The notes below the pieces were generated by a model. The model was not told the DNA's origin. It saw nothing but the letters and a program-made list of their open reading frames with translations, and made no database searches. Of a stretch of DNA of 64,000 nt, positions 10,421 through 19,019 are shown piece after piece. Position 1 is the stretch's first letter; the number at the start of each line of letters is the position of its first letter. This DNA is from Nitrospinales bacterium (lineage in GTDB: Bacteria > Nitrospinota_A > UBA7883 > JACRGQ01): the NCBI GenBank assembly GCA_023248495.1, contig JAHFEK010000006.1:2725-66724 (forward strand), written 5' to 3'. The translations under genes and the position numbers were made by a program.

Positions 10421-10711
10421 ATGGAATATCCAAACATTAGTGGTGCTTGGCTGTCAAAAACGGGAAAGCTTGTTTACATAATCACCCAGCTTGAAGATAA
10501 GTTTGTCTGGAGAGTTGTTCATGAGAAAGGGGTTACTGAGACCGGAATCGGGTGGTTCAAGGATCCCCACAACGTTGAAGCCCAATGGAACTTCCACGGA
10601 GGAAAACTTGGGAAAGGCATTAAAACTTGTACAGGCGAAATAGCGAAAGATATGAAACAAATCCTTTGGAAGGACGGAGATCATTTTATGAAGCGAATCC
10701 CCAACCGATGA
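10421..10711 (+). CDS. Small hypothetical beta-rich protein
   Basis: GGAGG RBS and ATG at 10421; 96 aa, Trp/Gly-rich (NISGAWLSKTG...W..G..F). Confidence 0.7.
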   Translation: MEYPNISGAWLSKTGKLVYIITQLEDKFVWRVVHEKGVTETGIGWFKDPHNVEAQWNFHGGKLGKGIKTCTGEIAKDMKQILWKDGDHFMKRIPNR

Positions 10712-10725
10712 GTTTCGAGTAACGG

Positions 10726-10869
10726 TTAAATCCCGAAGCGGCGGGCGATGATGGCCTCGCGCACCCCCGCTTTGGAAACAAAGTAGCTGGCGAGGCTGGT
10801 GGCGAAAAAACCCGCCACCAGCAAAACGCTGATGAGGATGATAAGACGCCTGCTCTCGCCTATTTTCAT
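10726..10869 (-). pseudogene. Truncated 5' copy of the 7655-9364 histidine kinase
   Basis: MKIGESRRLIILISVLLVAGFFATSLASYFVSKAGVREAIIAR|RFGI*. 10741-10869 matches 9236-9364 with 10 differences in 129 nt. Confidence 0.9.
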
Positions 10870-10985
10870 CGTCTCCTCGGTGGGCATATCCATCGGCCAG
10901 TCATGCGGTGCGTGAGCATCGAAATGACCGTTGGGGATATACTACCACGCAATACACCATGCCAGCCCCCTGCCGGAAGGCGGGA

Positions 10986-12263
10986 TTAAAGCCGGCTGAA
11001 TGCGGCTTCGGCTGCGGCAATGGTATTGGCAATATCGGCATCGCTGTGCGCCAACGACATAAATCCCGCTTCAAATTGCGACGGGGCCAGATAGATGCCG
11101 TTCTCCAACATCAGCCCAAAATATTTTGCGAACTTTTTCGTATCGGACGTTTTGGATGAAGGGTAGTCGAACACTTTCTTGTCGGTAAAGAAAATCGAGA
11201 ACATCGCCCCCGCCCGGTTGCTGGTGGTCTTGTGCCCGGCCTTTTGCGCGGCGGCGGCAAGGCCATCGGCCAATTTTTTGCTCTTCTGTTCAAGCTGGCC
11301 GTATGTGCCGGGCTCTTTCAAAATGTTGAGGGTGGCAATGCCGGCCGCCATTGCCAGCGGATTGCCGCTAAGGGTTCCGGCCTGATAGACAGGTCCTTCG
11401 GGGGCCATCATTTTCATGATATCCCCGCGCCCGCCGAAGCAACCGACCGGCAGACCGCCGCCAATGATTTTGCCCAGCGTGGTGAGGTCGGGCTTCACCC
11501 CGTAGTACTGCTGCGCGCCGCCATATGCCAAACGGAAACCGGTGATAACCTCATCGAATATGAGCAATGCGCCATGCTTGTCGCACTGCGAGCGAAGACC
11601 CTGCAAAAATCCCGGCTCCGGTATCCACACCCCCATGTTGCCGACAACCGCTTCCAAAATCACGCAGGCGATTTTGCCGGGGTGCGCGGCGAACAGCTCT
11701 TCAACGTTCGACAGATCGTTGTATTTCGCGGTGACCGTGTTTTGGGCCACGCCCGAAGGCACGCCGGGACTGTCCGGCAGGCCGAGGGTTTCCACGCCGC
11801 TGCCGGCTTTCACCAGCATGCTATCGCCGTGGCCGTGATAACATCCTTCAAATTTGAGTATCACGTCACGCCCGGTAAATCCGCGCGCTAGGCGGATGGC
11901 GCTCATCACCGCTTCGGTGCCGCTGCTTACCATGCGGCACATCTCGATGGAAGGAACGGCGTCGATAACCATTTGCGCCAGCTCTATCTCGCGCTCGTGC
12001 GGCGCGCCGAAGCTGGTGCCTTCCTTCGCGGCTTCGGCGATGGCGGCCAATACGCGGTCATCGGCGTGGCCGACGATCATCGGCCCCCATGAGCCGACGT
12101 AATCGATATACGTGCGCCCCTCGACATCGGTGATGGCGCTGCCTTTGGCGCGCTTGATGAAAAGCGGATCGCGCCCCACGCTTTTGAACGCGCGCACGGG
12201 GCTGTTTACCCCGCCGGGCATCAGTGTTTTAGCTTTTTCGAACAGTTCTGTGGATCGGCTCAT
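10986..12263 (-). CDS. hemL: Glutamate-1-semialdehyde 2,1-aminomutase
   Basis: [39 protein letters not shown] and [12 protein letters not shown] motifs. Confidence 0.98.
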   Translation of the reverse strand: MSRSTELFEKAKTLMPGGVNSPVRAFKSVGRDPLFIKRAKGSAITDVEGRTYIDYVGSWGPMIVGHADDRVLAAIAEAAKEGTSFGAPHEREIELAQMVIDAVPSIEMCRMVSSGTEAVMSAIRLARGFTGRDVILKFEGCYHGHGDSMLVKAGSGVETLGLPDSPGVPSGVAQNTVTAKYNDLSNVEELFAAHPGKIACVILEAVVGNMGVWIPEPGFLQGLRSQCDKHGALLIFDEVITGFRLAYGGAQQYYGVKPDLTTLGKIIGGGLPVGCFGGRGDIMKMMAPEGPVYQAGTLSGNPLAMAAGIATLNILKEPGTYGQLEQKSKKLADGLAAAAQKAGHKTTSNRAGAMFSIFFTDKKVFDYPSSKTSDTKKFAKYFGLMLENGIYLAPSQFEAGFMSLAHSDADIANTIAAAEAAFSRL

Positions 12264-12275
12264 GCGTTTTCCTTA

Positions 12276-13145
12276 CTATTTCCTGGGATTCAAATATTTG
12301 CCGATGATTGGCTTCAGCGCCAGTTTTGTCTTCGGCGGGATTTTCTTCAGGTCGGTCATTATGGTGTGGGCCAGCATGTGATTGCACCCGGCGGGGCAAT
12401 CGGCGGCATCATTGATTTCCGCCACCGCTTCCTTGATGATTTTTTGGGATATCTCCACGTTCTTGTGGATGATCTCCAGGATGGCGGCGGTGCTCACCTC
12501 TTCATGCCCTTCGTACCAGCAGTCGTAATCGGTGGAAAGCGCGATGGTGACGTAACAGAGTTCCGCCTCGCGGGCGAGTTTCGCCTCGTTGAGGTTGGTC
12601 ATGCCAATGACGGACGCCCCCCACGAGCGGTACATGCGTGATTCGGCGCGGGTGGAAAATTGCGGCCCCTCCATATTTACATAGGTGCCGCCGACATGGG
12701 TAACGGCCCCCGCGCGCTTGGCCGCCGCGGATGTCACGCCGATGAGGTGCTTGCAAATGGGATCGGCGAACGAAACGTGGGCCACCACGCCGTTACCGAA
12801 AAAGGTGCTGGTACGCGCAAAGGTGCGGTCGATGAACTGATCCGGGAATACGATATGTCCCGGCTCAATTTCCTCCTTCAGGGAGCCGACGGCGGAAACG
12901 GAGAGGATTTTTTTCACCCCCAACGTCTTGAATCCGTAAATGTTGGCGCGGAAATTAAGCTCGCTTGGAAGTATCCGGTGCCCCCTGCCGTGGCGGGGAA
13001 GGAAGATAAGCTCTTTGCCGTTCAGCTCGCCGAAGACGTATTCGTCCGAGGGGTTGCCAAAAGGGGTTTTGAGCTTTTTGGTTTTCTTTATTTTCAGCTC
13101 TTTCATGCCGTAAAGGCCGCTGCCGCCTATAACACCTATCGCCAT
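12276..13145 (-). CDS. mtnP: S-methyl-5'-thioadenosine phosphorylase
   Basis: IGVIGGSGLY, LPRHG, EGPQFSTRAES, IGMT and TDYDCW motifs. Confidence 0.95.
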   Translation of the reverse strand: MAIGVIGGSGLYGMKELKIKKTKKLKTPFGNPSDEYVFGELNGKELIFLPRHGRGHRILPSELNFRANIYGFKTLGVKKILSVSAVGSLKEEIEPGHIVFPDQFIDRTFARTSTFFGNGVVAHVSFADPICKHLIGVTSAAAKRAGAVTHVGGTYVNMEGPQFSTRAESRMYRSWGASVIGMTNLNEAKLAREAELCYVTIALSTDYDCWYEGHEEVSTAAILEIIHKNVEISQKIIKEAVAEINDAADCPAGCNHMLAHTIMTDLKKIPPKTKLALKPIIGKYLNPRK

Positions 13146-13190
13146 GTATCGCGCTCCGTGGATGGGGGGTTGTGGGTGAAAGGAGCGGGA

Positions 13191-15461
13191 CTATTCCCGC
13201 TCCGCCTTTTGGTCGCTGATTTTCTTTTCGATCTCGCCCAGCAAAAAGCGAAGTTCGGTGATCTGCCCGGCCGCCCTGTCAATGGTCTTTTCCTCGGAGG
13301 AAAGCACCTTGAGCTTGGTCTTGATGTCTTCGGCGAGGATGTTGAGATCATTGAGCCGCTGTTCGGTGCGATTGATAAGCACCATGCGGGAGTTGAGCAC
13401 GTCGATCTTGGTTTCGGCCTCGTCCATGATGGTGGAGAGAGACCTGATCTTGTCCGAGATTTCGCCGAACGATTCCTGATGCTTGGCGATCTTCCGCTCC
13501 TGCGAACGGAGATCTTCTATCTGCGAGGTGAGAACGAGGATGTCTTCCTGGACTTTCTTGATGAGCGCCTCTTCCTTGCCGATCTGGTCGGCTTGGCGGG
13601 AGGTCTTTTCCATCATTCCGCCGAGCATGTTAAGCCGCTTTTCGGTCTCGATGAGAAGTTCCTCTTCGTCGCGGACGTTCCCCAGCCGTTTTTCCAGATC
13701 GACCAGCCGCGTTTGCATGGCGGTCAACCGCTCTTCGCCGCCGGCAAGCTGCTGGCTCCTCGCCACGAGGCCGCTTATCTGGCCATCCACCTTGTCGACC
13801 ACCGGTATGAGTTCTTCCTTCGCCTTGATGATCCCCTGTAGAAGGTTGTTTCCTTCCCGCACTTCCTCGAGCTTGCCCGATACGCTTTCCTCGATAACGA
13901 CCAGCTTGCTGCCGAGCATCTGGAGACGCCGCTCCTGGGCGTCGATGACGCTTTTTTCGCGGGTGATATCCAATATCTTTTCTTCCACCTGGCGGGTGAT
14001 CTCGCGCAGGTCTTCCACCTTCTTATCAAGGTTTTCAAGGAATTCGACCTTCTTGTTGATGCGATCCACCTTCAGCGTGGCGTCTTCGATGTAGTAATCC
14101 AGGCCGTCCAGTTTCTTCTCCAGCTTTTCGACAAGCGCCTTGCGCTGGAGCTGGTTTTCCATTTTCACGTCCAAGTTAATGACGGTGGAAGAGAGGGCGT
14201 TAACCTTTTTCTCCACCTGATCGACGATATTCCGGCGCGCCGACAGATCGTTTATCTGGGCGTTGAGCACTTCGTGCATTCCGCCCATCTTCTTGAGTTT
14301 GACTTCGATTTCTTCGCTGATCTTAATGTCTTCGCGGAAGCGCTGAAGCTTGAGTTCAAGGTCGTCCGCCTCTTGCTGGAACCGGGCCATTTTTTCGCGG
14401 GCGGCTTCCACGGATCCCATGTCGTCCTTGAGGATTTTCATCTTGTTGCCAATGGAATCGATAAGGAACACATTGAGCTTGTTGATCTTTTCCTCGGTGG
14501 CGGCCACCACTTCCTTGTCTTCCCGCACGCGGGTGATATTTACTTCCAGCTCGCTGTTCATTTCTTCCAGCTGCTTGAGCTTTCCGCCAATGCGCTTGAT
14601 CATGTCTTCTTTCATCATGATGTTGCCGGTTTCCACGCGCAACGCATTCATGTCCTTGATCAGTTGCGCCACATCGCGGTTCATCTGCGTCACCAACGCA
14701 TTTTGGCGCAACAGGTCTTCGCTGCTTGTTTGTAAACGGCTTATGGTCTGGCCGATTTTTTCGATGTCGTGACCGTACCCGTCGATCTCTTCTTTCTGCC
14801 GGGCGATGCGGCCGATTTTGTCTTCCAACTCGCGGCTGACGCCCTGCAAGCGGCCTATCTGGTCGTCCGAGGTCTTGAGCAACCCCTTAAAAGTTTCGAT
14901 AGCCTGCATCCGGTCGGCGATTTTATCCAGCATCTCCTCAAGGCGGATGACGTTCTTTTCGGTTTGTTTAACCAGCTTGTTCTCTTCGCCAAGTTTCTTG
15001 ACTTTGGCTTCCATGTCCCAGATCAGAATATTGAGCTTGCCGGCCTCTTCGTTGGCTTTTTCGACCACCAACCGCTGCTGGTTCAGCGCTTTCACTTTGC
15101 TTTTCACATGTTCCGCGATCAGGGAAACTTCGTCTACCGCCATCCGGTGTTCGTGCAGGCGTCCGGCGCTTTCTTCCACGCCGGAAGCAATGTCTTTCAC
15201 ACGGATTTCAAGGTTCCGCAGCTCCTCGAATTTCCCCCCCATCTTGTCGGCGAATTCGCTGAAAAAAGGGATTTTGCTTTCCAGGTTCTTCATCGTGGTG
15301 ACGTTCAGGTTCACCTTGTCGATGTTGTTTTGGATGTATTCAACAAGGAGGTTGAGACTCTTTCGCTGTGCGTCGGCTTCTTTCACCAAATCGGCAAAAC
15401 GGCTGATATCTTCCCGCGTGAGCTGCGAGCTGCCCAACGTGGTTATTTTTTCCTGTTCCAT
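13191..15461 (-). CDS. Long coiled-coil protein of tandem ~31-residue repeats, function unknown
   Basis: ATG at 15461 after an AAGGGAGG RBS; 756 aa, E/K/L/I-rich, almost no Pro, no TM segment or ATPase motif. Confidence 0.88.
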   Translation of the reverse strand: MEQEKITTLGSSQLTREDISRFADLVKEADAQRKSLNLLVEYIQNNIDKVNLNVTTMKNLESKIPFFSEFADKMGGKFEELRNLEIRVKDIASGVEESAGRLHEHRMAVDEVSLIAEHVKSKVKALNQQRLVVEKANEEAGKLNILIWDMEAKVKKLGEENKLVKQTEKNVIRLEEMLDKIADRMQAIETFKGLLKTSDDQIGRLQGVSRELEDKIGRIARQKEEIDGYGHDIEKIGQTISRLQTSSEDLLRQNALVTQMNRDVAQLIKDMNALRVETGNIMMKEDMIKRIGGKLKQLEEMNSELEVNITRVREDKEVVAATEEKINKLNVFLIDSIGNKMKILKDDMGSVEAAREKMARFQQEADDLELKLQRFREDIKISEEIEVKLKKMGGMHEVLNAQINDLSARRNIVDQVEKKVNALSSTVINLDVKMENQLQRKALVEKLEKKLDGLDYYIEDATLKVDRINKKVEFLENLDKKVEDLREITRQVEEKILDITREKSVIDAQERRLQMLGSKLVVIEESVSGKLEEVREGNNLLQGIIKAKEELIPVVDKVDGQISGLVARSQQLAGGEERLTAMQTRLVDLEKRLGNVRDEEELLIETEKRLNMLGGMMEKTSRQADQIGKEEALIKKVQEDILVLTSQIEDLRSQERKIAKHQESFGEISDKIRSLSTIMDEAETKIDVLNSRMVLINRTEQRLNDLNILAEDIKTKLKVLSSEEKTIDRAAGQITELRFLLGEIEKKISDQKAERE

Positions 15462-15575
15462 GCAACAACCTCCCTTAACGCGCAACAAATACCGCCGCAA
15501 TCGAGGGCATTATGCCCTCACCCGGCGATATTTTGGGAAAAAAGCCTCCATTTGGGAAGCTATTCCCCCCTCCTC

Positions 15576-15869
15576 TTAAATGCCGTAATCTACTTTCACG
15601 GTAGCAAAGCAGATTTTCTTAATCAAATCAAGTACTTTTACGTGCTCCGGATGAACTTGGTACTCTTTCAACCGTTCGACATTTTCAAATACCGAGTTGA
15701 GAACGATGTCGTACGAATTGTGGGCATGAACAACGTCAAAGGCTACTTCCGCTTCTTTCATCAATCCGCCGGTATTGTGCAACAGGGATGAAAGCTGGTG
15801 GGCCAACTGCTTTCCCTCCGCGCCGGAGATCCCCTCTTTCAGCTTGAACAGCACGATGTGACGTATCAC
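15576..15869 (-). CDS. Dabb (stress-responsive alpha/beta barrel) family protein
   Basis: MIRHIVLFKLK...YQVHPEH...VDY pattern. Confidence 0.88.
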   Translation of the reverse strand: MIRHIVLFKLKEGISGAEGKQLAHQLSSLLHNTGGLMKEAEVAFDVVHAHNSYDIVLNSVFENVERLKEYQVHPEHVKVLDLIKKICFATVKVDYGI

Positions 15870-16618
15870 TAAATTCCCCCAACGGCCCGTTTATTCTGGG
15901 CGGCGGACTCAATCAGCCTTTTCATGCTGGCCACGGCGGAAGAAAATCCCACATAGATGGACTGCGCCACGATGCTGTGACCGATGTTAAGTTCGTCCAA
16001 CCCTTCGATGGCGGCTATAAAGGTGACATTCCGGTAATTTAGTCCGTGACCGGCGTGAACGACAAGCCCCAGATTGCGGGCCACATGAATCGTTCGTTGC
16101 ACGTCGCGCAGGGTTTTGGTGACATCCTTATCGCTCACCGCTTCGCTGTAAGCGGCGGTATTGATTTCCACAGCCAGCGCCTGGGTGGCGGCGCAGGCAT
16201 CAATTTGTCTCTGACCCGGATCCACGAAAAAAGAAAGGGCGATGCCGGCGGCGGAAAAAGTCTTGGTTAAATCGCGATAAAACTCCGGGCGGGCCGCTAC
16301 ATCCAACCCCCCTTCGGTGGTCAACTCCTGCCGCCGTTCCGGCACAATAGTGACTTGATCCGGCCGAACCTTGAGGGCAATATCGATGATCTCGTCCGTT
16401 GCGGACATTTCGAGATTCAGGCGGCAGCCGGAAAGCTTGCGTATGGCGAATACATCGGCATCATGTATGTGGCGGCGGTCTTCGCGCAGGTGAACGGTGA
16501 TGCAGGAAACCCCTTCCTCCAGCGCCATCTTCGCGGCGGCCACCGGATCGGGATAGGCCGCACGCCGCGCCTGCCGCAGCGTCGCCACATGGTCAACATT
16601 TACACCCAGTTTCGCCAT
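15869..16618 (-). CDS. pdxJ: Pyridoxine 5'-phosphate synthase
   Basis: LGVNVDHVATLRQAR, HLREDRRHI, TTEGGLDV, HAGHGLNY and ELNIGHSI motifs. Confidence 0.97.
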   Translation of the reverse strand: MAKLGVNVDHVATLRQARRAAYPDPVAAAKMALEEGVSCITVHLREDRRHIHDADVFAIRKLSGCRLNLEMSATDEIIDIALKVRPDQVTIVPERRQELTTEGGLDVAARPEFYRDLTKTFSAAGIALSFFVDPGQRQIDACAATQALAVEINTAAYSEAVSDKDVTKTLRDVQRTIHVARNLGLVVHAGHGLNYRNVTFIAAIEGLDELNIGHSIVAQSIYVGFSSAVASMKRLIESAAQNKRAVGGI

Positions 16619-16829
16619 AGTTGGGATGATTGTACCGCACTTATTCGCCGTGGAATACTGGAGATATGCCATATACGCGAAAACCGCAAAAAATGATTTC
16701 CCAATAACCCCCGATGGTTAGATATGGTATATTTTGGACAATAGGGTTTGAGGGTGAGCCATCCGTAATTCACGGATGGAATGGGGGATTGCGCCGTGGG
16801 AGCGGCGAAAGTTAACGGACAGGAGAGGC

Positions 16830-18974
16830 ATGTCAGCCAAAGCGGTCTTTACAAGAGATGTATTTCTCCGTATGCAGAGACTTGTCTTCATTGTTTTCCT
16901 TTTTGCGCTGGGCCTCGCCATCGTCCTCCTTCTGGAGGAACGAAAAGAAATACGGCGGTCGGAACATTACCGCCTGATGGACTCGATTGCGGGAGGCCTG
17001 AATAACGCCGCCAGCTTGCACGCGCTGGAACGTGGAATCGGCAACACCATTCTCGGCATGGATTTCCCCACTCCCGCGATGATCCAGCGGTTCAATGAAA
17101 TTGGCGGCAAGGCGGATATGGAAACAAACGCCGTGCTGCTGCATCTTGAAGAATATATGGCTTTGGATTCCGATCACGACGTGGAACGGCTGGCGAACGG
17201 ATGGAAACGGCGCATGGCGGCGCTTGAAGCGGCCCGCAAAAGGATAACCGCCCACAACATTAAAACGGAAGAATGGGTGGCCGCCGCCTCTGAAAACATT
17301 GAAACCGAATTCACGCTGCGCGACACGATATTCGCCCCGCATGAAATCGGCGAAAAAATCATGTACTACAACATCGTGATACGGGCCAACATCGCCAAGT
17401 TGTGCGAATACGCCGGACGTGAGCGGGCGCTTCTGGGAGGGTTGATCGCCGCGGGCCGCCCCATCACGCCGGAAACAATGGAAACATTGCTAGCTTACCG
17501 GGTCATTGTGAACGACGCCGCAATCAGGGTATTGGGCTTGCGCCAACTGGAGGAAACGCCCGCGCCGCTTTTAGCGGCCATCGACCATTTTGAAAAGGTT
17601 TTTTTAACCGATTACGAAAACGCGCGTAAATCAGTGTACGCCGCGTCGGCGGCGCGCGCCCCCTATCCGTTTTCGGGGGAAGCCTGGCTGGTCAAAGCCA
17701 CCGAAGCGATTGAATCCGGGCTGGACATCTCGCGCGCGGTGGGCGAAATATCCAAGAGCGGCGTTGTTGACATCCGTGACCGGGCGGTTTTCCGGGCTGG
17801 ACTTTACCTCCTGGTGTTTGTGGCCGCATTGGCCGTATTCGGCCTTATCCTTTGGCAAAGGGCCGCCCACGGCAAGCTTGAAGTTGAAAAAAGCGAAGCC
17901 GAAAAAGCGACGGAAACAAAAAACAAGCTCCTGGCTCTGGTCGCGCACGACCTGCGCGGCGGCTTCGCCACCATCCTTTCGCTGTTGAAACGGGCGGGAT
18001 CCGACGCGGAATCCCAGCCCGCCGGGTTCCGGGCGACGGTCTCCCGCGTTATCCTGATAGTGGAGAATCTCATGCGCATGACCGAGGAAATCCTGAGCAT
18101 CAACCGCATCAAAAGCGGCAAGCTGGGGGTAAAACGCGAGTTCATGGATGTGCGCCACGCGGTGGATCTGGTATTCGAGCGCGTGGCCCAGCAGGCCGAG
18201 GAAAAAGGCGCCACGCTGGTAAACGCCATCCCCGCCGGAATGCGCTTTTATGCCGACCCCAACCTGATGGAAGAGGTATTTCACAACCTGATCACCAACG
18301 CCATAAAGTTCTGCAAAAAGAACGAAGGGAGGGTCGAAGTCGGCGCCCCGCCCGGCAAGAACGGCGTGGTCACCGTTAAAGACAATGGCATCGGCATACC
18401 GGAAACGCTGTTGGGAAAAATTTTCAAGCATGAGGAAAAAACCAGCCGCGCGGGCACTTCCGGCGAACGGGGAACCGGGCTGGGCCTCCCGCTGGTCAGC
18501 GACATCATCGGCGCGCACGCCGGTAATATCTCCGTGGAATCATCGGCGGCAAGCGGCAGCACTTTCACGATTACCCTGCCGTACCGGCGCCCGTACGCCG
18601 CCATCATGGGCGATGACATTCAGTTCAAATACCGGCTGGAAAAATTCTTCGCCAACAACCTGGACGTGGAAATGGTGGAGGTCGATACGCCTTATTCGCT
18701 CATCAAAACAACCGCTAGCGGAGGAAGCCCGGAATTCATCATCATCACCACCCAAGGGGGCAGCGGCGATATCCTTAACTTCCTCTCCGCCTTGCGCCAA
18801 TCGGATGAATACGCCCGCACACCGCTCATCATCGCCGGGAACGAAACCGATGCCACAAACAAAGCGCAGTACATCCGCGCGGGGGCCAACCATTTCCTGC
18901 AGAAACACGACGCCGAGAAGGAACTGCTTGTCCTGGCAAAACGCTACAGCGGCCCGCGCGACGCCGCCGCCTAG
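16830..18974 (+). CDS. Hybrid sensor histidine kinase with NIT-like (nitrate/nitrite-sensing) domain and degenerate receiver
   Basis: TM-periplasmic-TM layout. LHALERG and EYAGRERA resemble the NIT-domain 'LQxERG' and 'KExAGxERA' motifs. H-box VAHDLRG, NLITNAIKF, GTGLGL, and a C-terminal REC-like domain ending AGANHFLQK. Confidence 0.85.
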   Translation: MSAKAVFTRDVFLRMQRLVFIVFLFALGLAIVLLLEERKEIRRSEHYRLMDSIAGGLNNAASLHALERGIGNTILGMDFPTPAMIQRFNEIGGKADMETNAVLLHLEEYMALDSDHDVERLANGWKRRMAALEAARKRITAHNIKTEEWVAAASENIETEFTLRDTIFAPHEIGEKIMYYNIVIRANIAKLCEYAGRERALLGGLIAAGRPITPETMETLLAYRVIVNDAAIRVLGLRQLEETPAPLLAAIDHFEKVFLTDYENARKSVYAASAARAPYPFSGEAWLVKATEAIESGLDISRAVGEISKSGVVDIRDRAVFRAGLYLLVFVAALAVFGLILWQRAAHGKLEVEKSEAEKATETKNKLLALVAHDLRGGFATILSLLKRAGSDAESQPAGFRATVSRVILIVENLMRMTEEILSINRIKSGKLGVKREFMDVRHAVDLVFERVAQQAEEKGATLVNAIPAGMRFYADPNLMEEVFHNLITNAIKFCKKNEGRVEVGAPPGKNGVVTVKDNGIGIPETLLGKIFKHEEKTSRAGTSGERGTGLGLPLVSDIIGAHAGNISVESSAASGSTFTITLPYRRPYAAIMGDDIQFKYRLEKFFANNLDVEMVEVDTPYSLIKTTASGGSPEFIIITTQGGSGDILNFLSALRQSDEYARTPLIIAGNETDATNKAQYIRAGANHFLQKHDAEKELLVLAKRYSGPRDAAA

Positions 18975-19019
18975 TTCCCTTTTTGCCCTTGGGGGCAATG
19001 TCACGCGGAAACGTGCAAC

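Noticed and set aside
10352-10740. Islet genes as integron cassettes
   Set aside because: No attC-like RYYYAAC...GTTRRRY imperfect palindromes follow the ORFs, and no integrase is present.
9236-10869. Kinase 5' duplication as a diversity-generating retroelement TR/VR pair
   Set aside because: Differences are mostly synonymous and not adenine-specific, and there is no reverse transcriptase in the window.
13191-15461. Coiled-coil protein as SMC/SbcC or a chemoreceptor
   Set aside because: No Walker A/B, signature or hinge motifs, and no MCP hairpin motif or TM segment.
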